DNA from: Planctomycetales bacterium
Lineage (GTDB): Bacteria > Planctomycetota > Phycisphaerae > SM23-33
NCBI GenBank assembly: GCA_030673005.1
Contig: DAOVFI010000001.1
Span: forward strand, 1-27,876
Direction: 5' to 3'
Length of the DNA: 27,876 nt
Below are positions 16,970-26,458 of this stretch, one piece after another (position 1 is the first letter of the stretch; each line of letters starts with the position of its first letter). The notes under the pieces were generated by a model. It did not search any database. It was not told the origin of the DNA and worked only from the letters and a program-made list of their open reading frames with translations. Both the position numbers and the translations under genes were made by a program.

Positions 16970-16993
16970 TTAATCACTTCTAATCCGTCTTTT

Positions 16994-17335
16994 TTACGAT
17001 TCGACTGTCGCGCCGGCGGCGGTCCTGACCACGCGGACAAGGCGCCACGACTTTCTTTTGCTGATCGGGCGACACTGTGTCACCTCGACCGTGTCGCCGA
17101 GACCGGCCTTTGTATTCTCATCATGCGCCAACAGTTTCGACCGGCGGCGCACGTATTTTCCGTACAGCGGATGCTTCGTAAGATTTTCGACCACCACCCG
17201 CACGGTTTTGTTCCCGGAGATCGAATCGACCACGCCGATCCGCAAGACCTTTTTCGTTCCGGTCTTCTTGGGAACCTGCCCGTCCTTTTCGAGGGGCGCT
17301 TTCTTCATCCGGGTTGTGTCGGCGTTCATTTCCAT
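16994..17335 (-). CDS. rpsQ: 30S ribosomal protein S17 with an N-terminal extension
   Basis: GVVDS, KHPLYGKYV, AHDE and CRPISKRKSWRL motifs. Exact start uncertain (17335 or 17329). Confidence 0.95.
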   Translation of the reverse strand: MEMNADTTRMKKAPLEKDGQVPKKTGTKKVLRIGVVDSISGNKTVRVVVENLTKHPLYGKYVRRRSKLLAHDENTKAGLGDTVEVTQCRPISKRKSWRLVRVVRTAAGATVES

Positions 17336-17371
17336 CAGTTTAATGCCTTATCTGTCTGTCAGTACGGCCCG

Positions 17372-17593
17372 TTACGTCTGTGCCTGTTCCGTCGTCTCCG
17401 CTTCAGCCAATTCGCGTTCGTGCCGGATAGTCAGGACGCGAGCGATGTCGCGCTTTGCCTTGGCGAGCATCGTGGGGTCTTCCAGTTTCTCGGTAACCGC
17501 CTGCGCCCGCAGGTCGAACAGGTGCCTGTGCAGGCGTTCGAGTTCGGCCTGGATTTCATCATCCGAAAGTTGTCTTATCTCGTCGATTTTCAT
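17372..17593 (-). CDS. rpmC: 50S ribosomal protein L29
   Basis: [10 protein letters not shown]...LFDLR...[10 protein letters not shown]; ATGA overlap with the rplP stop. Confidence 0.95.
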   Translation of the reverse strand: MKIDEIRQLSDDEIQAELERLHRHLFDLRAQAVTEKLEDPTMLAKAKRDIARVLTIRHERELAEAETTEQAQT

Positions 17594-18009
17594 CGTGCCT
17601 GAAGCCTTTTGACCAGTCGGCACCGCACCGGCATCTTGCAGGCGATCCGTCGAAGGGCGGACTTGGCGGTGTCGGCCTCTGTGCCGGAAATCTCAAAGAG
17701 CATCGTTCCGGGCTTGACCGGCGCGACCCACATCTCCGGTTCACCCTTGCCCTTGCCCATCCGCGTCTCCAGCGGCTTGGAGGTAACGGGCTTGTCCGGG
17801 AATATCCGGATATAGACCCTTCCTTCGCGGTGCAGGAAGTGCGTCGCCGCCACCCTGCCTGCCTCTATCTGGCGCGCGGTGATCCAACCGGCCTCGAGGG
17901 TCTGGAGACCGAAGTCGCCGAACGAGACCTTGTTGCCCCGGGTGGCGTTGCCGCGTACCCGACCTCGCTGCATCTTGCGATGCTTGACTCTTTTGGGCAT
18001 CAGCGCCAT
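17590..18009 (-). CDS. rplP: 50S ribosomal protein L16
   Basis: [19 protein letters not shown] and RMGKGKG motifs. Confidence 0.98.
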   Translation of the reverse strand: MALMPKRVKHRKMQRGRVRGNATRGNKVSFGDFGLQTLEAGWITARQIEAGRVAATHFLHREGRVYIRIFPDKPVTSKPLETRMGKGKGEPEMWVAPVKPGTMLFEISGTEADTAKSALRRIACKMPVRCRLVKRLQAR

Positions 18010-18012
18010 TTA

Positions 18013-19044
18013 TTAGTCCTTCTTTTCCTCGGTTCCGGAGGTTTCAGGAGACTGAACCGCACTGCCGGTTTCCTGCCGTCCCGTGTCAACCTCGCCCTGT
18101 TGCTGCTTAGTCGTCGAATCCGCCGGTTTTTCCTGTTTTTCCGCGACCGGTCCGGCGCCCTTCCGGTCGGCGGTATCCGCCGGAGCGGATTTTGTTGAAG
18201 CGGTTTTTACCGGAGCAGATTTACCGCGCCTTGCGCCGCCGCGCGCCGGCGCGCCGCCGCCTTTTTGCTGCCTTGGGCCGCCGCGGCTTTGCTGCCTTGC
18301 GCCGCCGCCTCTTTGCTGCCTTTGGCCGCCTCCGCCTCGTCGGGCGTGTCCGCCCGGACCGCCCCGTCCGGTCGGCGCCGAAGAGCGACTTTCGACCTGC
18401 TCAACTTCGCCGAACAGGCCGCGATATATCCAGACCTTCACGCCCAGCGCGCCGTAGGTCGCGAAACATTCGGCGAAGCCGTAATCCACGTCGGCGTCCA
18501 GCGTATGCAGCGGGATCGAGCCCATGATCTGCTTGACCTTCCGGCTCATCTCCGCACCACCCAGCCGGCCTGAAACCTCAATCTTCACGCCCTTGGCACC
18601 GGCCTGCATTATCATCTCGCACCGCTGCTTGATAGAACGCCGGAAACTCGCCCGCCGCTTCAGTTGTTCAGCCACCGACCCTGCCGCCAGCTGCGCGTCC
18701 AGGTCCGGCTTGGAAATCTCCATGACGTTGACGTTCACGCGCCTGTCGGAGAGGTCTTCCAGTGCGTCCTTGAGTTTCTCTACTTCTGCGCCCCTGGGTC
18801 CGATGACCAGTCCCGGCCTGGCGGTCCGCAGCGTTACCTTGACCTCCTCGCGGGTCCGCTCGATCTCTATTCTGCTTATGCCTGCATAAGGCGGCTGGCG
18901 GTTCAGGCGGTTCTCGATGAACTCCCTGATCTTCCAGTCCTCTACCAGGAACTCGCCGTAGTTGCTCTTGGGCGCAAACCACCGGCTCGCCCACCCGCGG
19001 GTGATGCCCGTCCTGAAACCAATTGGCGAAACTTTCTGACCCAT
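18013..19044 (-). CDS. rpsC: 30S ribosomal protein S3 with a ~130-aa low-complexity C-terminal tail
   Basis: MGQKVSPIGFR, ARPGLVIG, SGRLGGAEM and GVKVWIY motifs. Confidence 0.97.
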   Translation of the reverse strand: MGQKVSPIGFRTGITRGWASRWFAPKSNYGEFLVEDWKIREFIENRLNRQPPYAGISRIEIERTREEVKVTLRTARPGLVIGPRGAEVEKLKDALEDLSDRRVNVNVMEISKPDLDAQLAAGSVAEQLKRRASFRRSIKQRCEMIMQAGAKGVKIEVSGRLGGAEMSRKVKQIMGSIPLHTLDADVDYGFAECFATYGALGVKVWIYRGLFGEVEQVESRSSAPTGRGGPGGHARRGGGGQRQQRGGGARQQSRGGPRQQKGGGAPARGGARRGKSAPVKTASTKSAPADTADRKGAGPVAEKQEKPADSTTKQQQGEVDTGRQETGSAVQSPETSGTEEKKD

Positions 19045-19091
19045 AATCCTTTTCCGATTTCTCCGGTTGCGCCGGAGTTTTTTAAAAACCC

Positions 19092-19433
19092 TTATTCGCC
19101 CGCGCCTCTCTGTTCGACTATCACTGTTATATGGCTGTTACGTTTGCGTATCGGGAAGGCCCGTCCGCGGTCCTTGGGGCGCCAGCGATTCATTGTCGGC
19201 GCCTCATCCACAAACGCCGTCTGGACGTAGAGCAAATCCGTATCGGCCTCGGCCTCATCGGCGTTGGCGACGGCGCTGGTGAGTATCTTCCGGACCATCG
19301 ACGCGGCGCGCTGCGGCGTGAACTTCAGCAGGTTCAGCGCTTCGTCAACGTCGCGCCCGCGAATCAGATCGACCACCAGCCGAACCTTTCGCGGACTTAT
19401 CCGGGCGAATCTGTGCTTTGCCTTCCAGGCCAT
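19092..19433 (-). CDS. rplV: 50S ribosomal protein L22
   Basis: ISPRKVRLVVDLIRG, SAVANA and RGRAFPIRKRNSHITV motifs. Confidence 0.98.
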   Translation of the reverse strand: MAWKAKHRFARISPRKVRLVVDLIRGRDVDEALNLLKFTPQRAASMVRKILTSAVANADEAEADTDLLYVQTAFVDEAPTMNRWRPKDRGRAFPIRKRNSHITVIVEQRGAGE

Positions 19434-19512
19434 CAGTGTCTATTGCTCCACAATCAAATCACGTCTGCGGCGGGTGGCGCGGTCTCCCTGCCGCCCGTCG
19501 TCGTCTTTCAAT

Positions 19513-19782
19513 CTATTTCCGCCTGGCGAGTGTGTGGCTTCGGAACGTCCGCGTCGGGCTGAACTCGCCCAGTTTATGTCCCACCATATCCTCGGTAACG
19601 AAGACGGAGTTGAATATCTTACCGTTGTGGACGCTGAAAGTATGCCCGACGAATTCCGGGACGACCGTACAGGTCCTCGCCCAGGTCTTGATCGGCTCGC
19701 GCGAGCCGGACTGTTTCTGTTGCTGGACCTTGCGAAAGAGTTTTTCATCCACGTACGGGCCTTTTTTCAGGCTTCTTGCCAT
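19513..19782 (-). CDS. rpsS: 30S ribosomal protein S19
   Basis: [17 protein letters not shown] and [13 protein letters not shown] motifs; start reassigned to ATG 19782. Confidence 0.97.
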   Translation of the reverse strand: MARSLKKGPYVDEKLFRKVQQQKQSGSREPIKTWARTCTVVPEFVGHTFSVHNGKIFNSVFVTEDMVGHKLGEFSPTRTFRSHTLARRK

Positions 19783-19845
19783 TTCTCGCTCTCTTGTCAT
19801 GCCACGTCGGGCAGGACCGTCATTAACCTTCTGCTATCGTTCAGG

Positions 19846-20697
19846 TTACAGTTTTACCTGACCGTATCGTCTGCTTTTTCTGCGGCGGATGATCAGTTTA
19901 TTCGAGGCTTTACGTTTTTTTCTGGTCCTTCCGCCTTTGGCCGGTTTTCCGGTCGGGCTGCACGGGTGCCGCCCGCCTCCGCTTCGACCCTCGCCGCCGC
20001 CCATCGGGTGAGCCACGGGGTTCTGTGCGACGCCGCGGACGTGCGGGCGCCGTCCCATGTGTCTCTTGCGACCGGCCTTGCCCAGGCGAACGTTTTGGTG
20101 ATCGAGGTTGCCCAGTTGCCCTATCGTCGCCCTGCACGCTGACGAGACGATCCGCATCTCGCCGCTGGGCAGGAGCAGGTGGACCGTTTTCTCTTCCTTC
20201 GCCATCAGCTTGGCCGAGCCGCCTGCCGTTCGGACCATTTTGCCGCCGCCGCCGGGAATCAGTTCGATGTTATGAATGCTCATACCGGACGGGATACGCG
20301 ACAAGGGCAGGCAGTTTCCCAGCCTTGGCTCGGCGTCGTCGCCGGAATATACCTTCTGTCCGGCCTTCAGGCCAACCGGGGCGAGGATGTAACGCTTCTC
20401 ACCGTCGGCGTATTTTATCAACGCGATGTTGCAGGTGCGGTTCGGGTCGTATTCGATCGTCGCTACGGTGCCTTCGGAGCCGTCCTTATTGCGCTTGAAG
20501 TCAATCAGGCGATACAAACGCATGGCCCCGCCGCCCCGGAACCCGCTGGTGATGACGCCATGATGGTTCCTGCCGCCGGTCTTGCGGAGCGGACGCAGAA
20601 GCGATTTGGTCGGCGCATCACCGGTCAACTCCTCGCGGAGATTGACGCTCGCGTTCCGCCTGCCCGCCGATGTCGGTTTGTAAATCCTGATTGCCAT
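19846..20697 (-). CDS. rplB: 50S ribosomal protein L2
   Basis: [19 protein letters not shown] and [12 protein letters not shown] motifs. Confidence 0.98.
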   Translation of the reverse strand: MAIRIYKPTSAGRRNASVNLREELTGDAPTKSLLRPLRKTGGRNHHGVITSGFRGGGAMRLYRLIDFKRNKDGSEGTVATIEYDPNRTCNIALIKYADGEKRYILAPVGLKAGQKVYSGDDAEPRLGNCLPLSRIPSGMSIHNIELIPGGGGKMVRTAGGSAKLMAKEEKTVHLLLPSGEMRIVSSACRATIGQLGNLDHQNVRLGKAGRKRHMGRRPHVRGVAQNPVAHPMGGGEGRSGGGRHPCSPTGKPAKGGRTRKKRKASNKLIIRRRKSRRYGQVKL

Positions 20698-20789
20698 TGG
20701 TTACTCGCCCGTTTTCTGCCGGGACGTCCGTTTTTACCCAATACTATTCTATCTTTACTTCAATCGTAACTATTCACGCAATTGCAATA

Positions 20790-20964
20790 AATGCAGAAGA
20801 AAAGAGCAAGTCAGGCACACGAAATGAAAAAATAATTCATCTTCTGGAATTGTTTTTTCATTTCTCCGTCGCCTCTTACGTCCGCGCAGGGGTAGTATTT
20901 ATCACTCCAAACAGACGGAGTGATAAATACTATGTGTGCCTGACTTGCTCTTTTCTTCTGCATT
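20790..20964. mobile_element. 175-bp MITE-like element with 31-bp perfect terminal inverted repeats and two internal hairpins
   Basis: TIRs at 20790-20820 and 20934-20964. Internal stems: 20821-20838/20847-20864 (17/18 plus one G:T) and 20893-20908/20917-20932 (16/16). No coding capacity. Mobility is inferred only. Confidence 0.65.
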
Positions 20965-20984
20965 ATGCTGAACTCTTACCTTTT

Positions 20985-21269
20985 CTAAAACAGGTCAATA
21001 TGATAGTCCGGGTGCAGTACTACGACCGCCTTTTTCCAGTGACTGGTCGTGCCCATCTTGTATCCTACCCTTCGCGGCTTGCCCCGGCGATTGGCCGAGC
21101 GAACCTTCAGGACCTTGACGCTGTAGATCTTCTCAACGGCCTGCTTGATCTGCGCCTTGTTCGCTTCCGGGTGAACCTGGAAGGCATAAGCATTCCGCGT
21201 CTGCGACTGATGCGTGCCCTTCTCGGTCACCAGTGGTCGGACTATCGTGTTGTAAATATCGTTTTTCAT
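20985..21269 (-). CDS. rplW: 50S ribosomal protein L23
   Basis: RPLVTEK, ANKAQIKQAVEKIYSVKV and WKKAVV motifs. Confidence 0.97.
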   Translation of the reverse strand: MKNDIYNTIVRPLVTEKGTHQSQTRNAYAFQVHPEANKAQIKQAVEKIYSVKVLKVRSANRRGKPRRVGYKMGTTSHWKKAVVVLHPDYHIDLF

Positions 21270-21271
21270 AT

Positions 21272-21946
21272 CTATGCCGGCGCCTCAGCGTCCGACTTTG
21301 CATCCGCTTCTGCGACCGCCTTTTCGTCTGTCCGGTCCAGCAGCCTTTCCATCGCCTCGCGGGTCAGGAGCATTTTCTGCCGGGTGGCGACCTCAAATGC
21401 GTTCAGATCGTCCACCGGACGGACGGTAATATCCGGTATATTTCTTGCGCTCCTGTAGAGCGTCTCATCCAGCCCTGCCGGCACCAGCAGGCAGGAACGG
21501 TTTATCTTCAATTTCGCCATGACATCTGCTACGAACTTCGTCTTCGGCTCCTCAAGGCTCATCCCATCGACTACAAGCAGGTTCTGCCCGAGGATCTTGG
21601 CGAGGATTGCCGAATTCAGCGCCCCTCGTCGCATTTTTTTCGGAAGGGTTTTTCGGAAACTGTGCGGTGTTTTTGCGAAGGTCATTCCACCGCCGCGCAC
21701 CTTACCGGTCCGTATCGGACCCCGCCGGGCGTTTCCGGTTCCCTTCTGCTTGAAGATTTTCCGTGTAGAGCCTGCGACCTGTCCGCGTCCCTTTGTGGCG
21801 GCGCTTCCCTGCCGGCGGTTGGCGTGATAGGCGACGATCGCCTGCTTCAGCAGTGCGACGTTGACGGTCTTGCCGAAACGCTCATCGTCGATCTTCAGCG
21901 TCTCGACCTGCTCGCCGGCCGTGTTGTAAACGTTAACTTCCAGCAT
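21272..21946 (-). CDS. rplD: 50S ribosomal protein L4
   Basis: RQGSAATKGR, KQKGTGNARRG, RGGG and LPKKMRR motifs. Confidence 0.97.
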   Translation of the reverse strand: MLEVNVYNTAGEQVETLKIDDERFGKTVNVALLKQAIVAYHANRRQGSAATKGRGQVAGSTRKIFKQKGTGNARRGPIRTGKVRGGGMTFAKTPHSFRKTLPKKMRRGALNSAILAKILGQNLLVVDGMSLEEPKTKFVADVMAKLKINRSCLLVPAGLDETLYRSARNIPDITVRPVDDLNAFEVATRQKMLLTREAMERLLDRTDEKAVAEADAKSDAEAPA

Positions 21947-21955
21947 CTCTTATCG

Positions 21956-22024
21956 GTGGCACGGGTCTTCAACCTGTGCCCTCTCAACATTCCTGTAACA
22001 GCACAGGTTACAAACCTGTGCCAC
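21956..22024. repeat. Inverted REP doublet of the CACAGGTT family at the rplC-rplD junction
   Basis: Plus-strand GTGG-CACGGGTC-TTC-AACCTGTG (21956-21978) and minus-strand GTGG-CACAGGTT-TGT-AACCTGTG (22024-22002), with a 23-nt spacer. Confidence 0.8.
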
Positions 22025-22691
22025 CCGAACTTATTTTACTTTTTGCAGTGCGGGACTTCCTGACGAACAGATACCCGCCGTTGGGTCCGGGCAGCGATCC
22101 TTTTATCAGCAGCAGGTTGTTTTCTGCGTCGATGCCCACCAGTCGATGATTTCTGCTGGTAGAGCGTTCCGAGCCCATGTGCCCCGCCATTTTTTTGCCT
22201 TTTTTGATGTTTCCGCCGTGCCCCAGGTCGGTTCCGTGCCCGCCGATGGAACCCGGGCTGCGGTGCTTTCGCTCGACGCCGTGGCTTGCCGGCTGACCCT
22301 TGAAGCCGTGGCGCTTGACGCCACCGGCGAAACCCTTGCCTTTGGTGGTTCCGATGACGTCCACGAATTTAATGTCCTGGAACAACTCGACTGTCATGGT
22401 TGAACCGACTTCAACGTCGGCGTTCTGATCATCAAGGCGGATTTCCCGGACGATCTTTTTCGGTTCGGTCTTCGCCCGCTCGGCATGTCCGATCGCCGGT
22501 TTTGCGGCTCGTGCGATTTTTACATCCTCGAAGCCGATCTGGACGGCGTCGTAACCGTCCTTTCCGTCGATATTCTTGACCTGAAGAACCACGCACGGTC
22601 CGGCGCGCACGACGGTTACCGGGCAGACGGCGCCTTCTTCGGCGAATATCTGCGTCATCCCGATCTTTTTTCCAATCAACGCCGGATACAT
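22008..22691 (-). CDS. rplC: 50S ribosomal protein L3
   Basis: [38 protein letters not shown] and [10 protein letters not shown] motifs. The stop codon lies inside a REP. Confidence 0.97.
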   Translation of the reverse strand: MYPALIGKKIGMTQIFAEEGAVCPVTVVRAGPCVVLQVKNIDGKDGYDAVQIGFEDVKIARAAKPAIGHAERAKTEPKKIVREIRLDDQNADVEVGSTMTVELFQDIKFVDVIGTTKGKGFAGGVKRHGFKGQPASHGVERKHRSPGSIGGHGTDLGHGGNIKKGKKMAGHMGSERSTSRNHRLVGIDAENNLLLIKGSLPGPNGGYLFVRKSRTAKSKISSGGTGL

Positions 22692-22788
22692 CCGTACACT
22701 TTCACTCTATTCAAGGTTGCCGGCCGGTGCAGACTTGACCATAATCAAAAAGGCACGAGCCTGAAAATCCGCGCCGCCATTACCTGCT

Positions 22789-23097
22789 CTACGCCTTTAT
22801 CTTCACGAACACACCCGCCGGGACAACCAGCCGGTTCAATGCCTCGATCGTACGGACCGTCGGTTCGTAGATGTCGATGATCCGCTTGTGCGTTCGCATC
22901 TCAAACTGCTCGCGTGATTTCTTGTCCACGTGCGGGCTTCGCAACACCGTGTAGCGCTCGATCCGCGTCGGAAGTGGAATAGGCCCGCTAACACGGGCGC
23001 CCGTCCTGCGGGCATGTTCAACGATCTCACCGGCCGAGCTGTCAAGCGCCCGGTGGTCGTAGGCTTCCATTCGTATTCGAATCTTTTCCTGCAACAT
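22789..23097 (-). CDS. rpsJ: 30S ribosomal protein S10
   Basis: [22 protein letters not shown] and [20 protein letters not shown] motifs. GGAGAG RBS 8 nt upstream of ATG 23097. Confidence 0.98.
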   Translation of the reverse strand: MLQEKIRIRMEAYDHRALDSSAGEIVEHARRTGARVSGPIPLPTRIERYTVLRSPHVDKKSREQFEMRTHKRIIDIYEPTVRTIEALNRLVVPAGVFVKIKA

Positions 23098-23159
23098 GTG
23101 CGTTACTCTCCGACCTGCAATCCTGGGATTTTCAGGCAGACAAGTTACAAAGCCTTTCC

Positions 23160-23187
23160 AGTATATAAGATCATTTATATCTGTCAA
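23160..23187 (-). promoter_or_regulatory. Sigma70-type promoter for the S10/spc cluster
   Basis: TTGACA (23187-23182), 16-nt spacer, TATACT (23165-23160), in an AT-rich gap upstream of rpsJ. Confidence 0.75.
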
Positions 23188-23291
23188 TTATTGAAACAGA
23201 TATTTTCAAGATTTTTTTCTCGCAGGCATAGACACCCGAAGGCTTCGGGCATAAACGCACAACCGGTCCGGCTGTCGGGCTGTACGTTCTG

Positions 23292-25397
23292 TCAGGTCAG
23301 TTTCCCCGCCACATCGGCCGGAACGACCTTGTAGGTCATCGGTTCCATCACGTACGTGCCCCGCCCCTGTGTCAGCGACCGCAGGATGGTGGCGTATCCG
23401 AACATTTCCGCCAGCGGCGCTTCGGCAATGAGTTTACAGTAATTTTTGCGGTGTTCCATAGTGGTGATTTCCGTCCTGCGCGAGTTCAGGTCGCCGGTAA
23501 CGGCGCCGAGGTTGTTCTCCGGTACGCTTACCTCCAGGCGCATAATCGGTTCGAGAAAGACCGGCGTGGCGTTTTTGACCGCCGCGGCGAACGCCATCGC
23601 CCCGGCGCGGGAAAAGGCCAGTTCCGAGGAATCCACCGGATGATGCTTTCCGTCCAACAGCGTAACCGTAATTCCGGTCATGGAATACCCGCCCAGCGGA
23701 CCGCTGGTGGCCTCGTCTGTTACTCCCTGCTTGACGGCGGAGATGTACTCCTTCGGGATCGCCCCGCCGATTATTTTATTGATGAAGATTACGGGCGATT
23801 CGTCGTCGCCGGTTTCCGCGCGGGTCGCCGCCGATGTCGGCTCGATCTTCAGCACGACCACGCCGTACTGCCCGCGCCCGCCGGTCTGGCGAATGAATCG
23901 GCCTTCGGCTTCGGTAACGGCGGTGATCGTTTCCCTGTAGGCTACACGCGGCGTCCCGACCCGGACCGAAACGCCCATGTCGCGCATCAGTTTGTTCTTG
24001 ATAATCTCCAGGTGCAGTTCTCCCATCCCCGAAATCAGCAGCTGCCCGGTCTCGCGGTCCATTTCGGTCCGGAAGGTCGGGTCTTCCCGACGGAGCGTCG
24101 CAAGGGCGTCGGCGAGGCGGTCTTTCTCGGCGGCGGACGCCGGCTCGATCGACATGGAAATCACCGGCTTGGCGAACTTTATTTTCTCCAGGATTATCGG
24201 ATGGTGTGAATCGCACAGCGTGTCGCCGGTGAGACTCGCCTTAGGCCCTACGACGGCGACAATATCGCCTGCATCGGCCCGGTCGCGACGGATACGCTGC
24301 TTGGCGTGCATCTCCCAAATACGAGAGACAATCTCCTTCTTCTGCCGGATGGGGTTGAAGACGCGCGTGCCGGCCTTTACCGAGCCGCTGTAAATGCGGA
24401 GATAATAAAGGTCTCCGTGCAGGTCGGCGGCGATCTTGAACACCAGGGCCGAGAACGACTCGTCGGGATCTGCCGTTCGCTCGACAAGGCGTTCCGGCTG
24501 CCCGTCATGGGTGTGCGATCCTGACCCTTCGATCCCCCTGACGGCCGGGACGTCCAGCGGGGAAGGCAGATAGTCGCATATCGCGTCCAGAAGGACCCGG
24601 ACGCCCATGTTTTTCAGCGCCGAGCCGCACAGGACAGGATGAATCCGGTCGGCGACGACCGCCCGGCGAATCGCCGATTTGATGTCCGCCGCTGAAATCG
24701 GTTCCTCGTGAACGTATTTATCCATCAACTCATCGTCTGCTTCTGCGACGGACTCGATCATGTCGTGACGGGCGATCTCGACGGCGTCGGCGTATTCGGG
24801 CGGAATATCGCCGACCTTCAGTTCCATCGCTATCTCCGCCGATTCGTAGAACATCGCCCGCTGCTCGATAAGGTCGATCTGCCCGCGGTAGTCGCCGCCG
24901 GCGCCCATCGGCAACTGGATCGCCACCGGCGTTGCCCCCAGGCGGTCGCGAATCTCGCCCAGAACCATCTCGAAATCCGCGCCGAGACGGTCCATCTTGT
25001 TGATGAAGCACAGTCGCGGTACGTTGTATCGGCTGGCCTGGTTCCAGACGGTTTCACTCTGGGCCTCAACCCCGCCGACGGCGCAGAAGACCGCCACAGC
25101 GCCGTCAAGGACTCGCAGCGACCGCTCCACCTCGATTGTGAAATCGACGTGCCCGGGAGTGTCGATAAGGTTGACGGTGTAATCTTTCCATGACAGTGTC
25201 GTAGCAGCCGAGGTGATGGTGATTCCCCGCGCCTGTTCCTCAACCAGGTAGTCCATTACCGCAGTACCGTCGTGAACCTCGCCTATCTTGTAACTCTTTC
25301 CGGAAAAGTACAGAATCCGCTCGGTTACGGTGGTCTTTCCCGCGTCGATGTGGGCGGCGATGCCTATGTTCCGAATTAGTTGTAGTTTTTTTGCCAT
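23292..25397 (-). CDS. fusA: Elongation factor G
   Basis: [47 protein letters not shown] and VDSSELAF motifs; 701 aa. Confidence 0.98.
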   Translation of the reverse strand: MAKKLQLIRNIGIAAHIDAGKTTVTERILYFSGKSYKIGEVHDGTAVMDYLVEEQARGITITSAATTLSWKDYTVNLIDTPGHVDFTIEVERSLRVLDGAVAVFCAVGGVEAQSETVWNQASRYNVPRLCFINKMDRLGADFEMVLGEIRDRLGATPVAIQLPMGAGGDYRGQIDLIEQRAMFYESAEIAMELKVGDIPPEYADAVEIARHDMIESVAEADDELMDKYVHEEPISAADIKSAIRRAVVADRIHPVLCGSALKNMGVRVLLDAICDYLPSPLDVPAVRGIEGSGSHTHDGQPERLVERTADPDESFSALVFKIAADLHGDLYYLRIYSGSVKAGTRVFNPIRQKKEIVSRIWEMHAKQRIRRDRADAGDIVAVVGPKASLTGDTLCDSHHPIILEKIKFAKPVISMSIEPASAAEKDRLADALATLRREDPTFRTEMDRETGQLLISGMGELHLEIIKNKLMRDMGVSVRVGTPRVAYRETITAVTEAEGRFIRQTGGRGQYGVVVLKIEPTSAATRAETGDDESPVIFINKIIGGAIPKEYISAVKQGVTDEATSGPLGGYSMTGITVTLLDGKHHPVDSSELAFSRAGAMAFAAAVKNATPVFLEPIMRLEVSVPENNLGAVTGDLNSRRTEITTMEHRKNYCKLIAEAPLAEMFGYATILRSLTQGRGTYVMEPMTYKVVPADVAGKLT

Positions 25398-25481
25398 GCC
25401 TGAAACACTCAGTCGTCAGTGACTGTACATCCGTACTGAATCCGCCAGAAGGCTCGCAGTCGGCCGATTTACATAAGCGAA

Positions 25482-25509
25482 GAGACCGCAGCGGTTTCTC
25501 TGCGGTCTC
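25482..25509 (-). terminator. 10-bp perfect hairpin after rpsG (weak terminator or processing/stability element)
   Basis: GAGACCGCAG (25482-25491) pairs with CTGCGGTCTC (25500-25509) around an 8-nt loop. Only a weak U-run (TTCGCTT) follows on the minus strand. Confidence 0.4.
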
Positions 25510-25528
25510 CGGTGGGTCGTATCGTTGT

Positions 25529-26005
25529 TTATCGAGCGAAGTGAGCGAAGGCCTTGTTCGCGTCGGCCATTCGGTGAATGTTTTCGCGCGTTGTCATCGC
25601 GGCGCCTTCCTTTCGGTAGGCGTTCATCAATTCCGACGCCAGTCGCTGCGAGGTCGGCGAACCGCTGCCGGCGCGGACCGCCTGGAGAAGCCATCGTATC
25701 GCCAGCGACAGGCGGCGCTTCTGGTTGACCTGCATGGGGACCTGGTAATTAGCCCCGCCGACGCGCTTGGAGCGAACCTCAACCATGGGTTTGAGGTTGT
25801 CTATCGCCTGTTCGAAGACTTCCAGAGGTTGGGCGTCTTTGATCTTTTCGGCGACGACGTCCATCGCGTCGTAGAATATCCGTCGGGCGGTGCTTTTCTT
25901 TCCGTCCCACATCAGGCAGTTGACGAACTTGCTGACCAGTTTGCTTTTGTATCGCGGGTCGGGCGCAAGTTGCTTGGCCGATGCTGTCCACTTCTTATAC
26001 GCCAT
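25529..26005 (-). CDS. rpsG: 30S ribosomal protein S7
   Basis: [28 protein letters not shown] and [13 protein letters not shown] motifs. Start reassigned to ATG 26005, just after the rpsL stop. Confidence 0.97.
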   Translation of the reverse strand: MAYKKWTASAKQLAPDPRYKSKLVSKFVNCLMWDGKKSTARRIFYDAMDVVAEKIKDAQPLEVFEQAIDNLKPMVEVRSKRVGGANYQVPMQVNQKRRLSLAIRWLLQAVRAGSGSPTSQRLASELMNAYRKEGAAMTTRENIHRMADANKAFAHFAR

Positions 26006-26006
26006 C

Positions 26007-26378
26007 TTATTTGCCCTTCTTTGCGCCGTAGAGGCTGCGTCCCTGTCGGCGTCCTTCCACACCGGCCGTATCCAGTGCGCCGCGGATGACGTGATACCTC
26101 ACGCCGGGTAAGTCCCGCACACGCCCGCCGCGAACCAGGACGATGCTGTGCTCCTGGAGGTTGTGATCGACGCCCGGAATATAGGCCGTTACTTCCTTAC
26201 CGTTGCTAAGCCGCACGCGCGCGACCTTTCGCAGGGCGGAGTTCGGCTTTTTGGGCGTCATCGTCTTTACAAGCACGCAGACGCCGCGCTTCTGCGGACA
26301 CCGCTCCAGCGCCACATTCTTCCTCTTGGCCACCTGCTTGCGCCGCGGCTTTCGGACCAGTTGATTAATTGTCGGCAT
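26007..26378 (-). CDS. rpsL: 30S ribosomal protein S12
   Basis: [34 protein letters not shown] and DLPGVRYH motifs. Confidence 0.98.
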   Translation of the reverse strand: MPTINQLVRKPRRKQVAKRKNVALERCPQKRGVCVLVKTMTPKKPNSALRKVARVRLSNGKEVTAYIPGVDHNLQEHSIVLVRGGRVRDLPGVRYHVIRGALDTAGVEGRRQGRSLYGAKKGK

Positions 26379-26429
26379 ACCTTGTTTTTCCTCTCTGGAT
26401 AACTCTACCAGATACTGTCCTTTAATCCA

Positions 26430-26458
26430 ATTATAATCTTTAATGTCTAATATTACAA
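26430..26458 (-). promoter_or_regulatory. Sigma70-type promoter for the str operon
   Basis: TTGTAA (26458-26453), 17-nt spacer, TATAAT (26435-26430), about 50 nt upstream of the rpsL ATG. Confidence 0.72.

Noticed and set aside
20698-20789. Internal promoter for rplB in the AT-rich stretch next to the element
   Set aside because: -10-like hexamers (TAGAAT, TAGTAT) lack an acceptable -35 at 16-18 nt spacing.
20691-21458. 255-aa plus-strand ORF spanning the MITE-like element as a possible transposase
   Set aside because: It is antisense to rplW/rplD, shows no DDE, HUH or recombinase motifs, and reads as a shadow ORF.
23235-23249. CCCGAA-GGC-TTCGGG hairpin as the fusA terminator
   Set aside because: Only a 6-bp stem and no U-tract immediately 3' on the minus strand; not supportable.
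26006-26062. ORF-track N-terminal extension of S7, and similar extensions for rplQ, rpsJ, rpsS, rpmC, rpsN, HIT and flavodoxin
   Set aside because: These are longest-ORF artefacts. Downstream ATGs match conserved N-termini and RBS positions, and the S7 extension would overlap rpsL.
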